From contig JACKOQ010000005.1 in assembly GCA_024234215.1 (NCBI GenBank), forward strand, positions 121,452-185,451: 64,000 nucleotides of DNA. The letters are read 5' to 3'. Positions 28,526-39,629 of this stretch are shown in pieces. Position numbers and translations under genes: made by a program. The notes under the pieces were generated by a model. The model searched no databases and had not been told where the DNA came from. It worked only from the letters and a program-made list of their open reading frames with translations. The first letter of the stretch is position 1. Every line of letters starts with the position of its first letter. Source of the DNA: Pseudomonadales bacterium (GTDB taxonomy: Bacteria; Pseudomonadota; Gammaproteobacteria; Pseudomonadales; UBA5862).

Positions 28526-29212
28526 TCAGTCGGCGGAGAGCCGTTGCCGCAGCCACGATGCCATCTCATCGACGCTGCGCACCAGGTGGTCGGCCTGCCA
28601 CTGCTCGGCCGGATCGGCCGGATGCACGTAGCCGTAGGCGGCCGCCATCGTCAGGGCGCCGGCGGCCCGGCCGGCCTCGATGTCGCGGCGGTGGTCGCCG
28701 ATGTAGAGCGTATGCGCCACCGGGCGGTCAAGTTGACGACAGGCAAGCAGGATCGGTTCGGGATCGGGCTTGCGTCGCGTGACATGGTCAGGGCAGACCA
28801 GAGTGCGGCAGCGCGGCAGCAGATCGAGCCCCTGCATCAATGGCACCGCATAGTGACTCGGCTTGTTGGTCACCACGCCCCAGGCAATGCCCGTTGCATC
28901 GAACCAGTCGAGCAGTTCGGCCAGGCCGGCGAAGAGCCGGGTTCGCGCATGGCCGTTGCGCTGGTAAAGATCGAGCAACTGCTGGCGCAGCGGCTCGAAC
29001 TCGGCTGCATCGGGCGCATGGCCAAAGCCCAGAGTGATCAGCGCGCCCGACCCCTCCGACACCGTCTCACGAATCGCCTTGTCACTGAGCAGGCGCTGAC
29101 ACTGCCGCTGCTGCATCAACTGGCGCAGCACCACGATGAAGTCGGGGGCGGTATCGAGCAGGGTGCCATCGAGGTCGAACAGCACCGTGGAGAGCGTCCG
29201 CATCGGCTTCAC
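28526..29212 (-). CDS. gph: phosphoglycolate phosphatase (HAD superfamily)
   Basis: [12 protein letters not shown] motif I and [10 protein letters not shown] motif. Typical position next to ubiG. Confidence 0.8.
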   Translation of the reverse strand: MKPMRTLSTVLFDLDGTLLDTAPDFIVVLRQLMQQRQCQRLLSDKAIRETVSEGSGALITLGFGHAPDAAEFEPLRQQLLDLYQRNGHARTRLFAGLAELLDWFDATGIAWGVVTNKPSHYAVPLMQGLDLLPRCRTLVCPDHVTRRKPDPEPILLACRQLDRPVAHTLYIGDHRRDIEAGRAAGALTMAAAYGYVHPADPAEQWQADHLVRSVDEMASWLRQRLSAD

Positions 29213-29919
29213 GCCCCCTTCACCGCATGGAGCAGATAGTTGACGTCGACATCGCGGTCGAGCCGGTAGCGCCGGGTCAGCGGGTTGTAGACCATGCCGG
29301 TCAGGTCATCCAGCCGCAGATCGGCCATTCTGAGCCAGCCGGCCAACTCGGCCGGGCGGATGAAACGGGTATATTGATGGGTGCCGCGCGGCAGCAGACC
29401 CAGCAGATATTCGGCGCCAACGATGGCGAACAGAAAGGATTTCGGATTGCGGTTGATGGTCGAGAAGAACAGATGACCGCCCGGCTTCACCAGCCGGGCC
29501 GCGGCCCGAATCACCGACAGCGGATCGGGCACATGCTCGAGCATCTCCAGACAGGTGACCAGGTCAAAGGCGGCCGGCTGCTCATCCGCCAGCGCCTCGG
29601 CGGTCACCCGGCGGTAGCTCAGCCCTTCCAGTTGCGATTCGAGCCGATGCAGCTCAGCCACCGCCAGTGGCGCCTCGCCCATGTCGATGCCCAGTACCTC
29701 GGCGCCGCGCACTGCCATCCCCTCCGCCAGCAGGCCGCCGCCGCAGCCGATGTCGACCACCCGCTTGCCGGCCAGCCCTGCCCGCTCGTTGATGTAGTTG
29801 AGCCGCAGCGGATTGATGTCATGCAGCGGCTTGAACTCGCTGTCGGGGTCCCACCAGCGGTTGGCCAGGGCTTCGAACTTGGCGATCTCACCCAGGTCGA
29901 CATTGTTGGCGTGCTGCAT
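29209..29919 (-). CDS. ubiG: bifunctional 3-demethylubiquinol 3-O-methyltransferase
   Basis: Start chosen at MQHANNVD (29919). [30 protein letters not shown]. Confidence 0.9.
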   Translation of the reverse strand: MQHANNVDLGEIAKFEALANRWWDPDSEFKPLHDINPLRLNYINERAGLAGKRVVDIGCGGGLLAEGMAVRGAEVLGIDMGEAPLAVAELHRLESQLEGLSYRRVTAEALADEQPAAFDLVTCLEMLEHVPDPLSVIRAAARLVKPGGHLFFSTINRNPKSFLFAIVGAEYLLGLLPRGTHQYTRFIRPAELAGWLRMADLRLDDLTGMVYNPLTRRYRLDRDVDVNYLLHAVKGA

Positions 29920-30235
29920 GGGGGCTCCTGTGGCTGTGCAATGGTGGCATGATACCGCAGCCCCCAGCCATCGCGTCACTCAGCGTCGGTCGCACCGTGC
30001 ACTTCGCCGGCCCTTTTCGCCGGCCGATTTCTGTTTATATAATGCGGTGTCCTCGAGCTGGAACCGCTGCGCGCGATGCGTGGCGTTCCCCCATCCTTGC
30101 TGCCGAACAGAACAACCGATTCAGAGCGACGCACTTTCGCTCCGATCGCGGATATAACAACGAGCGCGCGGCCTGGTCTGGATCAATATGCCCGACGCCG
30201 CTGTCGCTCGACCACAGGCTCATTAGGGAGGCTTC

Positions 30236-31111
30236 ATGCAACCTTTCGACTATGTGGCGCCCACTTCACTGGCCGCGGCCACTGAACTCCTCAAGAGCGC
30301 CTCATCCGTGCCCACTCGTATCCTGGCCGGCGGGACTGACCTGCTGGTGCAGATGCGTGCCGGCGCGCGCAGCACTTCGCGCGTGCTCGACATCAAGAAG
30401 ATTCCGGAAACCAGCGTGCTGGAGATCGGCACCAGCCACCTGCGCATCGGTGCGGCCATCAGCGCCGCGCAAATTTGCGGGCATCCCGAGCTGCGCAAGC
30501 TGTTTCCCGGCGTGGTGGAGTCTATCGAACTGATCGGTTCGACCCAGGTGCAGGGCCGGGCCACGCCGGTCGGCAACCTCTGCAACGCATCACCCGGTGC
30601 CGACAGTGTGCCGGCACTGGTGGCCGTCGGCGCCGAGGCGCGTGTGGTCAGTGCCAGTGGCGAGCGCTGGCTACCGGTGGCCGAGCTGCCCGCTGCGCCA
30701 GGACGCACGACGCTGGCGCCGGAGGAGTTCGTCGTCGAACTGCGGCTGCCGCTGCCGGCCGCACGCAGCTCCGATGCCTACCTGCGCTTTACGCCGCGTG
30801 CCGAGATGGACATTGCCGTCGTCGGTGTCGGTGTTGCGCTCACCCTGGATGAACAGGGCGTCTGCCGCGCGGCGCGTGCCGCCGTCGGCGCCGTGGCCGC
30901 AACGGTACTGCTGGCGCCCACCGTGGCCGACGCCATCATCGGTTCGAAGATCGATGACGAGTCGCTGGCACGGGCCGCCCAGGCCGCCACGCGGGTGGGC
31001 AATCCGATCAGCGACAAGCGAGGCACCGCGGAATTCCGCCGCCACATCGCCGGGGTGCTGGCCAAGCGCGCCATCCGCGCCGCGGCACAACGGGCGCAAC
31101 AACAGGGGTAA
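30236..31111 (+). CDS. molybdopterin dehydrogenase FAD-binding subunit (CoxM/XdhB-like)
   Basis: FDYVAPTSLAAATELL..ILAGGTDLLVQMR, an FAD-binding domain of the xanthine dehydrogenase/CO dehydrogenase family. Confidence 0.85.
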   Translation: MQPFDYVAPTSLAAATELLKSASSVPTRILAGGTDLLVQMRAGARSTSRVLDIKKIPETSVLEIGTSHLRIGAAISAAQICGHPELRKLFPGVVESIELIGSTQVQGRATPVGNLCNASPGADSVPALVAVGAEARVVSASGERWLPVAELPAAPGRTTLAPEEFVVELRLPLPAARSSDAYLRFTPRAEMDIAVVGVGVALTLDEQGVCRAARAAVGAVAATVLLAPTVADAIIGSKIDDESLARAAQAATRVGNPISDKRGTAEFRRHIAGVLAKRAIRAAAQRAQQQG

Positions 31112-31599
31112 TGAAGATGGCGAAGCAACATGTCTCCACCACCATCAATGGTGAAGCGATCGAATTTCTCTGTGAGCCGCAGCAGAGCCTGCTGGAGGTG
31201 CTGCGCGACGAGCTGGGGTTGACCGGCACCAAGGAGGGTTGTGCGACCGGCGACTGTGGCGCCTGCTCGGTGCAGCTCAATGGCCGGCTGATCTGCTCCT
31301 GCCTGATGCTGGGCGTCGAGGCCCAGGGACAGCAGATCGGCACCATCGAGGGCATCGCCAAGCCGCATGAGCTGCACCCGATCCAGCAGAAGTTCCTCGA
31401 ACATGCCGCCCTGCAGTGCGGCATCTGCACGCCCGGCTACATCGTGGCGACCAAGGCATTGCTGGAACAGAACCCCGATCCGACCGAGCAGGAGGTGCGT
31501 TACTGGCTCTCCGGCAACCTGTGCCGTTGCACCGGGTATGACAAGATCGTGCGTGCGGTGCTCGATGCCGCCGCGGAACTCAAAGGAGCGACACCATGA
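31111..31599 (+). CDS. (2Fe-2S)-binding small subunit (CoxS-like)
   Basis: GCATGDCGACSV and CGICTPG..CRCTGY cluster motifs. Its start overlaps the upstream stop. Confidence 0.9.
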   Translation: MKMAKQHVSTTINGEAIEFLCEPQQSLLEVLRDELGLTGTKEGCATGDCGACSVQLNGRLICSCLMLGVEAQGQQIGTIEGIAKPHELHPIQQKFLEHAALQCGICTPGYIVATKALLEQNPDPTEQEVRYWLSGNLCRCTGYDKIVRAVLDAAAELKGATP

Positions 31600-33878
31600 G
31601 CGAGCAGAGCACTCCCAAGACCTACCGATCGATCGGCACCTCCCCGGTCCGCCCCGATGGCATCGACAAGGTGACCGGGCGCGCCAACTACGGTGCCGAC
31701 CGCCACCTGCCCGGCATGCTGCATGGCAAGACGCTGCGCAGCCCGCATGCCCATGCGCGCATTCGCTCGATCGATGTCAGCGAGGCCGAAAAGCTGCCGG
31801 GCGTCATGGCGGTGGTGACCGGTGCCGACTTCCCCCATCTGAAATCGGCGATGGAAGAGGCCGGCGAGTCGCAGATCGATGTGTGGGATCTGGCCCGCAA
31901 CGTCATGGCGCGCGACAAGGTGCTCTACCACGGCCATGCGGTGGCCGCGGTGGCGGCCACCTCCGATGCAATCGCCGAGGCGGCACTGGCAAAGATTCGG
32001 GTCGACTATGAAGTGCTGACACCGGTGATGGACATCGAGGCCGCCATGGCCGACAACGCACCGTTGCTGCATGATGAGATGCGCACCCAGGGGCTGCCCG
32101 CTGCGGCCGATCGCGCCTCCAACGTCGCCACGGTGATCAAGCTGGCGCGTGGCGACCTTGCCGCCGGCTTTGCAGCGGCCGATGTGGTGATCGAGCGTGA
32201 ATTCTCGACCCCCACCGTCCACCAGGGCTATATCGAGCCCCATGCCGTCGTGGCCGACTGCCGCGAAAATGGTCAGGCCACGCTCTGGTGCTGCACCCAG
32301 GGCCCCTTCGTGGTCCGCACGCTGACCAGCAAGGTGCTGAATTGGGATGTCTCCCGCATCAAGGTGATTCCGAGCGAAATCGGCGGCGGCTTCGGTGCCA
32401 AGACCACCGTCTATCAGGAGCCGGTCGCGATCATGCTGTCGCTGAAGTCGGGCCGTCCGGTCAAGATGGTGATGAACCGCGAAGAGGTGTTCCGCGCCAC
32501 CGGTCCCACCTCGGCCAGCCGCATCCGCATCAAGCTTGGCGCCAACCGCGCCGGCAAGATCATGGCCGCCGAGGCCGAGCTGAAGTACGAAGCGGGCGCC
32601 TTCAAGGGCTCGCCGGTGATGCCCGGCTGCATGTGCGTGTTCGTCTCCTACGAGATGCAGAGCTTCAGCATCACCGGCTATGACGTGGTGGTCAACAAGC
32701 CGAAGGTGGCGGCCTATCGGGCACCGGGAGCGCCGATGGCGGCCTTCGCGATGGAGTCGATGATCGACGAGATGGCGCACAAGTTGGCGATCGATCCGAT
32801 CCAGTTCCGCCTCGACAACGCCGTGCGTGAGGGGTCGCAGGCGGTCTATGGTCCAAAATTCCCCGCCATCGGCTTTGAAGCCTGCCTCAAGCAGGCCGAG
32901 AGCCATCCGCACTACCGCGCACCACTCGGCGCCAACCAGGGACGCGGCGTGGCGGCCGGCTTCTGGTTCAACGTCGGCATGCAGTCGAGCGCGACGGTCA
33001 ATGTGCAGGAGGATGGCAGCGCGATCGTGATCACCGCCAGCCCCGACATTGGCGGTTCGCGCGCCTCGATGGCACTGATGGCCTCCGAAGAGCTGGGCAT
33101 TCCTTACGAGCGCATCAATGCCCTGGTCGGCGACACCGAGACCGCCGGCTATTGCGATGTCACCGGCGGCAGCCGCACCACCTTTGCCACCGGCATGGCG
33201 GTCATCCAGGCATCAAAAGATGTGATCCGGCAGATGCGTGAGCGCGCGGCCAAGGTCTGGAACGTCGAGATCGATCAGGTGAGTTGGGTCGATGGTGCGG
33301 CAGTGCCGGCGGCAGAGGTGGCTGCCGAAAAGGATCTGAAGCCGCTGAGCTTCGCCGAGCTGGCCAGAAATGCGGCCCACACCGGTGGTCCGATTGCCGG
33401 ACGCGCCTCACTGATGGCACAGGGCGCCGGCGCCGGCTTCGGTGTGCACCTCTGCGATGTCGAAGTCGATCCGGAAACCGGCAAGGTCGACATCATCCGC
33501 TACACGGTGATTCAGGATGCCGGCAAGGCGATCCACCCTGCCTATGTCGAAGGGCAGTTGCAGGGCGGCGCCGTGCAGGGCATCGGCTGGGCGCTGAACG
33601 AGGAGTATGTCTACAACGCCCAGGGGGTGATGGAAAATCCCGCCTTCCTCGACTACCGGATGCCGGTCGCCCTCGACCTGCCGATGATCGATGCGGTGAT
33701 CGTCGAGGTGCCGAATCCGTCGCACCCCTATGGCGTGCGCGGTGTCGGCGAGACGCCGATCGTGCCGCCGCTGGGTGCGGTGGCCAACGCGGTGCATGAC
33801 GCCACCCAGGTGCGCTTCTGCCACCTGCCACTCAATCCGCCACGGGTGCTGGCAGGCTTGCAGGCCGCCGGAGCCTGA
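31596..33878 (+). CDS. molybdopterin-binding large subunit of an aldehyde oxidase/xanthine dehydrogenase-family enzyme
   Basis: 760 aa with a/b-hammerhead and Moco-binding domains (VTGRANYGAD, GGGFG, ...GVGE). Confidence 0.9.
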   Translation: MSEQSTPKTYRSIGTSPVRPDGIDKVTGRANYGADRHLPGMLHGKTLRSPHAHARIRSIDVSEAEKLPGVMAVVTGADFPHLKSAMEEAGESQIDVWDLARNVMARDKVLYHGHAVAAVAATSDAIAEAALAKIRVDYEVLTPVMDIEAAMADNAPLLHDEMRTQGLPAAADRASNVATVIKLARGDLAAGFAAADVVIEREFSTPTVHQGYIEPHAVVADCRENGQATLWCCTQGPFVVRTLTSKVLNWDVSRIKVIPSEIGGGFGAKTTVYQEPVAIMLSLKSGRPVKMVMNREEVFRATGPTSASRIRIKLGANRAGKIMAAEAELKYEAGAFKGSPVMPGCMCVFVSYEMQSFSITGYDVVVNKPKVAAYRAPGAPMAAFAMESMIDEMAHKLAIDPIQFRLDNAVREGSQAVYGPKFPAIGFEACLKQAESHPHYRAPLGANQGRGVAAGFWFNVGMQSSATVNVQEDGSAIVITASPDIGGSRASMALMASEELGIPYERINALVGDTETAGYCDVTGGSRTTFATGMAVIQASKDVIRQMRERAAKVWNVEIDQVSWVDGAAVPAAEVAAEKDLKPLSFAELARNAAHTGGPIAGRASLMAQGAGAGFGVHLCDVEVDPETGKVDIIRYTVIQDAGKAIHPAYVEGQLQGGAVQGIGWALNEEYVYNAQGVMENPAFLDYRMPVALDLPMIDAVIVEVPNPSHPYGVRGVGETPIVPPLGAVANAVHDATQVRFCHLPLNPPRVLAGLQAAGA

Positions 33879-33883
33879 ACCGG

Positions 33884-34129
33884 TTGGCCCGGGTGCTGCT
33901 GTCGAGCGAACTGCAACCCCTCGCCGGAGGGGTTGCAGAGTTGAATCTGGCTGCCGTTGACGTGCGCGAACTGTTCGAGCAGTTGCGCCGTCACTGCCCG
34001 GCGCTGGCGGAACATGTGCAACAGCATTCGGCGCTCGCCATCGATGGTGTCATCTACCAGAGGCCCTTCGCCGAACCACTGGCGCCCGACTGCGAGATCT
34101 ACTTCATCCCCCGCATTGCCGCTGGCTGA
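33884..34129 (+). CDS. small beta-grasp (MoaD/ThiS-like) protein, tentative
   Basis: 81-aa ORF with a TTG start directly after the molybdoenzyme genes. Its size and pattern resemble MoaD/ThiS, but the C-terminus is AAG rather than GG. Confidence 0.4.
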   Translation: MARVLLSSELQPLAGGVAELNLAAVDVRELFEQLRRHCPALAEHVQQHSALAIDGVIYQRPFAEPLAPDCEIYFIPRIAAG

Positions 34130-34250
34130 ATCCGGCACATCGGCCACCCATTCAGAGCCGGCGAATGGCTCTGTCGGCGGTCGAACTCCCTGCTCACGGT
34201 CAGGATCACGGCATTCAGACTGACCACTTCAGCCGCACGTCCGAGTACCC

Positions 34251-34913
34251 ATGACCTTTCTGCTCCGACATGAACGCAGCCTGCTGCTGCTCGCCACCCT
34301 GCTGGTGCTGCTGGGCTCCGGCTGGCAACCCCATGACCGCGCCACCTGGTGGCTCGAGGTGGCACCGGTGCTGATTGCGCTGCCGATCCTGCTTGCCACC
34401 CACCACCGCCACCCCCTGACACCGCTGCTGTATCGGTTGCTGTTTCTGCATGGGGTGATCCTGATGGTCGGTGGCCACTACACCTATGCGCGAGTGCCAC
34501 TGGGCTTCTGGTTTGCCGACTGGTTCGATCTGACCCGCAACCACTATGACCGCCTCGGCCACCTGGCGCAGGGTTTTGTTCCGGCGTTGCTGGCGCGGGA
34601 GATTCTGCTGCGCGCCACCCCGCTGCGTGGTGCCGGCTGGATCTGGCTGCTGGTCACGGCAGTGGCGTTGGCCGTCAGCGCGCTCTATGAACTGCTGGAG
34701 TGGGCGGTGGCGCTGATCAGCGCCGAGGCGGCGGAGTCCTTTCTGGCGATGCAGGGTGATGTCTGGGACACCCAGTGGGACATCTTTCTGGCGCTGATCG
34801 GCGCCCTGCTGGCGCAGTGGCTGTGTGGCCGGCAGCATGACCGCGAACTGGCGCGGCTGCGGCAGCGGTCAATCACCAATCCGTCACCCCAGTCTGCCCC
34901 TGAAAAGCACTGA
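34251..34913 (+). CDS. DUF2238 (YjdF-like) inner membrane protein
   Basis: Multi-pass membrane ORF with HYTYARVPLGFW..RNHYDRLGH motifs. Confidence 0.7.
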   Translation: MTFLLRHERSLLLLATLLVLLGSGWQPHDRATWWLEVAPVLIALPILLATHHRHPLTPLLYRLLFLHGVILMVGGHYTYARVPLGFWFADWFDLTRNHYDRLGHLAQGFVPALLAREILLRATPLRGAGWIWLLVTAVALAVSALYELLEWAVALISAEAAESFLAMQGDVWDTQWDIFLALIGALLAQWLCGRQHDRELARLRQRSITNPSPQSAPEKH

Positions 34914-34954
34914 ATTTCTGCGCGCAGCATGAAAGTACGCCGATCACCTCACCA

Positions 34955-35344
34955 TCAGACCGGGAGCGGAGCGCGGCTCAGCACCACGAAGGCCAGCGCG
35001 TAGTCACGTTCGTCGCTCAGCGAGACCTGTGCCTGGGCATCGAGCGCTGCCAGCCGCTCGGCGGCGGCGCCGGAGAGTTGCAGGCAGGGGGCACCGGCGC
35101 TGTCATGCAGCAGCGCGATCTGCCGGGGTGCCACGCCATTGCCGAACCCGCAGCCGAGCGCCTTGACCACCGCCTCCTTGACCGCGAACCGCTTGGCCAG
35201 AAAGTGGGCGGGTGCCGCAGCGGTTGGCAGCTCCAGCAGTTCGCTGGGGGCAAGGATGCGCCGGGAAAAGGCATCGCCATAGCGCTGGTGCAGCCGGGCG
35301 ATGCGGGCGACGCTGACCAGATCGGTGCCGATGCCGAGGATCAT
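34955..35344 (-). CDS. acpS: holo-[acyl-carrier-protein] synthase
   Basis: [22 protein letters not shown]. Lies downstream of pdxJ. Confidence 0.9.
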   Translation of the reverse strand: MILGIGTDLVSVARIARLHQRYGDAFSRRILAPSELLELPTAAAPAHFLAKRFAVKEAVVKALGCGFGNGVAPRQIALLHDSAGAPCLQLSGAAAERLAALDAQAQVSLSDERDYALAFVVLSRAPLPV

Positions 35345-36081
35345 GGCCGCCGTGCGTTGCGCATCAGTGCCTTGATGTCGCGCACCGCCTGCTTGAGACC
35401 AGTGAAGAGCGCGCGGGCGATGATGGCGTGGCCGATGTTGAGTTCGTTGAGTTCGGCAATGGCGGCGATCGGCTCGACGTTGTGGTAGTGCAGGCCATGG
35501 CCGGCATTGACGATCAGTCCGAGCTGATGGGCTTGGGTGGCCGCCTGCTGCAGCCGTTGCAGTTCGGCACTGCTCTCGCCAGCAGGGAGTTCGGCATAGT
35601 GGCCGGTGTGCAGTTCGATGGCCTTGGCGCGACAGCGCACGGCAGCGTCGATCTGCGCCGGATCGGCATCGATGAACAGCGACACCTCGATGCCGACCGC
35701 CTGCATCCGGCCGACCGCCGCAGTGATGCGCGCTTCGTGGGCGAGCAGGTCGAGCCCACCCTCGGTGGTCAGCTCCTGCCGTTTTTCCGGCACCAGGCAG
35801 ACATGGGCCGGCCGCAGATCGAGCGCAAAGTCGACCATCTCGTCGGTCACCGCCATCTCCAGGTTGACCCGGGTCTGGCAGAGCTGCTGGATCAGCCGGA
35901 CATCCCGCTCCTGGATGTGACGGCGGTCTTCGCGCAGATGGAGGGTGATGCCGTCGGCACCCGCCTCCTCGGCCTCGAACGCGGCCTGCACCGGATCGGG
36001 ATAGCGGGTGCCACGCGCCTGGCGCAGGGTGGCGACATGGTCGATGTTGACACCCAGAAGCAGAAGGTCAGTGCTGGTCAT
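35341..36081 (-). CDS. pdxJ: pyridoxine 5'-phosphate synthase
   Basis: Start chosen at [24 protein letters not shown] (36081). ..IELHTG..VNAGHGL. Confidence 0.95.
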   Translation of the reverse strand: MTSTDLLLLGVNIDHVATLRQARGTRYPDPVQAAFEAEEAGADGITLHLREDRRHIQERDVRLIQQLCQTRVNLEMAVTDEMVDFALDLRPAHVCLVPEKRQELTTEGGLDLLAHEARITAAVGRMQAVGIEVSLFIDADPAQIDAAVRCRAKAIELHTGHYAELPAGESSAELQRLQQAATQAHQLGLIVNAGHGLHYHNVEPIAAIAELNELNIGHAIIARALFTGLKQAVRDIKALMRNARRP

Positions 36082-36865
36082 GGAGGCCTTGTGTGTCTCG
36101 GTCGGCACCCATCGACAGCGCCACTCTGGCACGTCGATAGAGCGCCCGGGTTTGCAGGGGACGCCCGCGCAGGTGCGGCGCCAGCGCCAGTTCGTTCAGC
36201 CTTTTTGCCGCCTGCAGCGCTGCCGACTCGCTCAGTCGATCATGTGCCAGCGCCAACAGGATGGCACCACTGAAGCAGTCATGGCCGCTGGCTGCCTCGT
36301 GGCGGGCCAACTCGATGAAACCCACGGCCGGGTCGAACCGGTAGCTGCTGGCCACATCGATTTGCAGTGCGCCGTCCAGGGTGTGGTCGAAGGAGATGGC
36401 GTAACCCAGTTCGGTCAGCAGCCGCCATTCGAACCGGCGCAGCAGCGGCGCCACCGCCTCGTCACCAGCCAGCGCGGTCACTGTGCGGCCATAGGCCTGG
36501 AACAGCGCCGGATGGGGGTCGAATGGACTCAACAGCCGCAACAGGAGCTCGTTCAGGTAGCAGCCGCTCCACCAGCGTTCGCCGCGCAGGGTCAGTGCCA
36601 TGCCGCTGGCTTCGGCGGCGGTCAGGCTCTTCAGTTCGCCGCGCCCGCTCCAGGCCAGCCGCAGCGGTGCGAAGGGTTGCAGCAGCGCGCCCAGCAGCCG
36701 CCCGTTTCTGCTGCCGCCACGGCTGCCACGGGCCACCAGCCGCAGCAGACCCGCTTCGCGCGTCAGGCAGTCGAGCAGTTGGCCATGCTCCTGATAGGGT
36801 CGATGGTGAAGCACGAACGCCGCCTCGGCCGTGCCATCTCCGGGACGGGTCGATCCCAGTGTCAT
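36068..36865 (-). CDS. recO: DNA repair protein RecO
   Basis: [20 protein letters not shown].. is a RecO N-terminal OB-fold sequence. Position between era and pdxJ. Confidence 0.85.
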   Translation of the reverse strand: MTLGSTRPGDGTAEAAFVLHHRPYQEHGQLLDCLTREAGLLRLVARGSRGGSRNGRLLGALLQPFAPLRLAWSGRGELKSLTAAEASGMALTLRGERWWSGCYLNELLLRLLSPFDPHPALFQAYGRTVTALAGDEAVAPLLRRFEWRLLTELGYAISFDHTLDGALQIDVASSYRFDPAVGFIELARHEAASGHDCFSGAILLALAHDRLSESAALQAAKRLNELALAPHLRGRPLQTRALYRRARVALSMGADRDTQGLHDQH

Positions 36866-37773
36866 TCCCGCTCCTGATACCCCAGACTCTTCAGGGCCCG
36901 CTCGTCATCCGACCAGCCCCGTTTGACCTTGACCCAGGTGGTGAGCATCACCCGGTTGCCGAACAGCCGCTCCATGTCGAGCCGCGCCTCCTGGCCAATG
37001 CGCTTCAACCGTTCGCCACCCTGGCCGATCAGAATTTTCTTCTGCCCTTCACGCTCGACGTAGATCAGCGCATTGATGTGGACGATCTCATTCTCGACCA
37101 CAAAGCGCTCGATCTCGACTGCCACCTGGTAGGGGATCTCCTCGCCCAGTTGACGCATGATCTTCTCGCGGATCAGTTCGGCGGCCAGAAAACGTTCGCT
37201 GCGGTCGGTCAGCTCTTCGTCGCCGTAGAGGTGGTCGGCCAGCGGCAGTCGCTCGGCCACTGTCTGTTCCAGCAGCTCGATCTGCTGCCCCTGTTTGGCC
37301 GAAACCGGCAGCAGCGCGGCAAAGGCAAAGCGCCTGCTCAGCGTGTCGAGATAAGGCAGCAGCAGCCCCTTGTCGGAGAGCCGGTCGATCTTGTTCAGCA
37401 CGGCAATGACCGGCACCTGGCCCTGCCGGAGCCCTTCGAGCACGCTCTCATCCTCTTCGGTGAAGAGACCGGCCTCCAGCACCCAGAGCACCAGATCGAC
37501 CTCGAGCAGTGCCGAACGCGCCTCCCGGTTCATGAAGCGGTTGATCGCACGGGTCGGCTTCTGTTGCAGGCCCGGCGTGTCGATGTAGATGGCCTGTACC
37601 GGCCCGTCGGTCTTGATGCCGAGAATGCGGTGACGCGTGGTCTGCGGCTTGCGTGAGGTGATGCTGAGCTTCTGGCCGAGGATGCGGTTGAGCAGGGTCG
37701 ACTTGCCGACATTGGGCCGGCCGACGATGGCGACCAGACCGCAGCGGCTGGCAGTCGTGCCGTGGTCACTCAT
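36862..37773 (-). CDS. era: GTPase Era
   Basis: Start chosen at MSDHGTT (37773), overlapping the rnc stop. GRPNVGKSTL, DTPG and NKID motifs, with a KH domain. Confidence 0.95.
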   Translation of the reverse strand: MSDHGTTASRCGLVAIVGRPNVGKSTLLNRILGQKLSITSRKPQTTRHRILGIKTDGPVQAIYIDTPGLQQKPTRAINRFMNREARSALLEVDLVLWVLEAGLFTEEDESVLEGLRQGQVPVIAVLNKIDRLSDKGLLLPYLDTLSRRFAFAALLPVSAKQGQQIELLEQTVAERLPLADHLYGDEELTDRSERFLAAELIREKIMRQLGEEIPYQVAVEIERFVVENEIVHINALIYVEREGQKKILIGQGGERLKRIGQEARLDMERLFGNRVMLTTWVKVKRGWSDDERALKSLGYQERE

Positions 37774-38453
37774 GTTTCGATGGCCTCCAGTTGCTTCAGG
37801 GCAGTGCTGGCCGCCATCTGCTCGGCCAGCCGGCGGCTGTTGCCGCTGCCAAGCGCCGGTTCTGCCAGCAACGGATGGTGGCACTCGACATGGAAGGTCT
37901 GGGCGTGCGCCTTGCCTTCGACCCGCACCACCCGGTAGTCGGGCAGTGGCTGGTGCCGGGCCTGCAGATGCTCCTGCAGGCGGGTCTTGGGGTCCTTCTG
38001 CGGATCATCGAGCGACAGTTGCGACAGCCGCGGTTCGAACCAGTTGAGCAGGTGACGGCGGCACTCATCGAAACCCGCCTCCAGATAGATGGCGCCAATG
38101 ACTGCCTCCATCGCGTCGGCCAGAATCGAATCACGGCGAAACCCGCCGCTCTTGAGCTCTCCGGGTCCCAGCCGCAGGTAGTCGCCCAGTTCGAACTCCC
38201 GCGCCAGCTCCGAGAGGGTCTGCCCCCGCACCAGCCGGGCGCGCAGCCGGGTCAGCTTGCCTTCACGCGCGCTCTTGAAGCGGTTGAACAGCTCCTCGGT
38301 GATGACGAAGCCGAGCACCGAGTCACCCAGCAGTTCGAGCCGCTCGTTGCTGCCACTGGCATGGCTGCTGTGGGTCAATGCCTCTTCGAGCAGTCGCGGG
38401 TCGTTGAACAGATAACCAAGTCGCTGCTGGAGACTGGAGAGCGGTCTGTTCAA
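37770..38453 (-). CDS. rnc: ribonuclease III
   Basis: ERLELLGDSVLG signature and a C-terminal dsRBD. Confidence 0.95.
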   Translation of the reverse strand: MNRPLSSLQQRLGYLFNDPRLLEEALTHSSHASGSNERLELLGDSVLGFVITEELFNRFKSAREGKLTRLRARLVRGQTLSELAREFELGDYLRLGPGELKSGGFRRDSILADAMEAVIGAIYLEAGFDECRRHLLNWFEPRLSQLSLDDPQKDPKTRLQEHLQARHQPLPDYRVVRVEGKAHAQTFHVECHHPLLAEPALGSGNSRRLAEQMAASTALKQLEAIET

Positions 38454-38824
38454 GGGCGCCGGGCTTCGAAGTGGTTCTTGAAATGGACCAGCGCCTCGAC
38501 GTTGGCGATGATCGGCACCGCCACGTCGTAGTTGACATCGACCACCAGCTTTCCATCGACCTCCTCGACCTTCACCGCCTTGCCGTCGACATTGCGGATG
38601 TTGTTGATCTGAAAGCGGGTCATCAGCAGGTTTTTCACTTCACTGGGCGATTTCTGGCTGATCTGCGGCACCTCTTCGAGCGACTTCACCGCCGCCGCGA
38701 CAAAGGAGTTGTCGAGATAGAGCGGTACCAGCCTGAATGCCAGCAACAACAGAAAACCGGTGACGGTCAGAAAATAGAGCATCGCCAGCATCGATGCGCC
38801 GCGCTGCCGGGTGAGTGTCGTCAT
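38450..38824 (-). CDS. DUF4845 domain-containing membrane-anchored protein
   Basis: Start chosen at MTTLTRQRG (38824). One TM helix. Conserved position between lepB and rnc. Confidence 0.7.
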   Translation of the reverse strand: MTTLTRQRGASMLAMLYFLTVTGFLLLLAFRLVPLYLDNSFVAAAVKSLEEVPQISQKSPSEVKNLLMTRFQINNIRNVDGKAVKVEEVDGKLVVDVNYDVAVPIIANVEALVHFKNHFEARRP

Positions 38825-38852
38825 CGCTGTTCCTCCGAAGCTGAAACCCAAC

Positions 38853-39629
38853 TCAATGAATCAGACCATCGCGGCCAAAACTCGGAATCGACCAGAAGCT
38901 CGGCCAGTGCATCCAGATCACGAACGCCTTGCCCACCACCAGTTCATCGGGCACCAGACCCCAGACGCGGCTGTCGCTGCTGTTGTCACGGTTGTCGCCC
39001 ATCACGAAGTAGTAGCCTTGCGGAATGACCCACTCGCGCACCCGCCCCTGAAGCGGCGCCGTGTGCTGGATGGCATAGCTGACGCTGCCGAGTGTCTCCT
39101 GCAGCAGTTCGAGCTGCGGCGCCTCGACCGGCAGGGCGGCGACGAACCGTTGCGGAACCGGCTGGCCATTGATCGTCAGTCGCCGGTTCTCGTAGCGCAC
39201 CGTATCGCCACCCACGCCGATGACCCGCTTGATGAAGTTGGTGTCAGGCTTGTGCGGCGGCCTGAACACCATCACATCACCCCGCTGCGGATCACCCACC
39301 GCAACCACCTTGGTGCCGACCACCGGCAGGCGGACGCCGTAACTGTACTTGTTGACCAGAATGAAGTCGCCCACTTCGAGCGTCGGAATCATCGAACCGG
39401 AGGGAATCTGGAACGGCTCGAACAGGAACGAGCGCAGCACCAGCACGATCAGCAGCACCGGAAAAAAGGATTTCGAATACTCGACCCAGACCGGTTCACT
39501 CGGCGCGGCGGCCACCGATGTCGCCTGGGCCTGGCGGCGCGCAGCCAGCCAGAGCCGGTCGGCCAGCACCACCAGACCGGTCACGGCGGTGCCGACCACC
39601 AGAATCAGCGGCAGATCGATGTTCATCAC
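38853..39629 (-). CDS. lepB: signal peptidase I
   Basis: [21 protein letters not shown] motifs. Confidence 0.95.
   Translation of the reverse strand: MMNIDLPLILVVGTAVTGLVVLADRLWLAARRQAQATSVAAAPSEPVWVEYSKSFFPVLLIVLVLRSFLFEPFQIPSGSMIPTLEVGDFILVNKYSYGVRLPVVGTKVVAVGDPQRGDVMVFRPPHKPDTNFIKRVIGVGGDTVRYENRRLTINGQPVPQRFVAALPVEAPQLELLQETLGSVSYAIQHTAPLQGRVREWVIPQGYYFVMGDNRDNSSDSRVWGLVPDELVVGKAFVIWMHWPSFWSIPSFGRDGLIH

Noticed and set aside
30000-30235. 235-nt untranslated region upstream of the molybdoenzyme operon, considered as a possible Moco riboswitch (contains CCTCGAGC and an AGGGAGG RBS).
   Set aside because: I cannot reproduce the conserved Moco-motif core from memory well enough. The one similar string lacks a base relative to the CCUCCGAG core I recall. 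A cmsearch with Rfam RF01055 is needed, and a hit above the gathering threshold would reverse this rejection.
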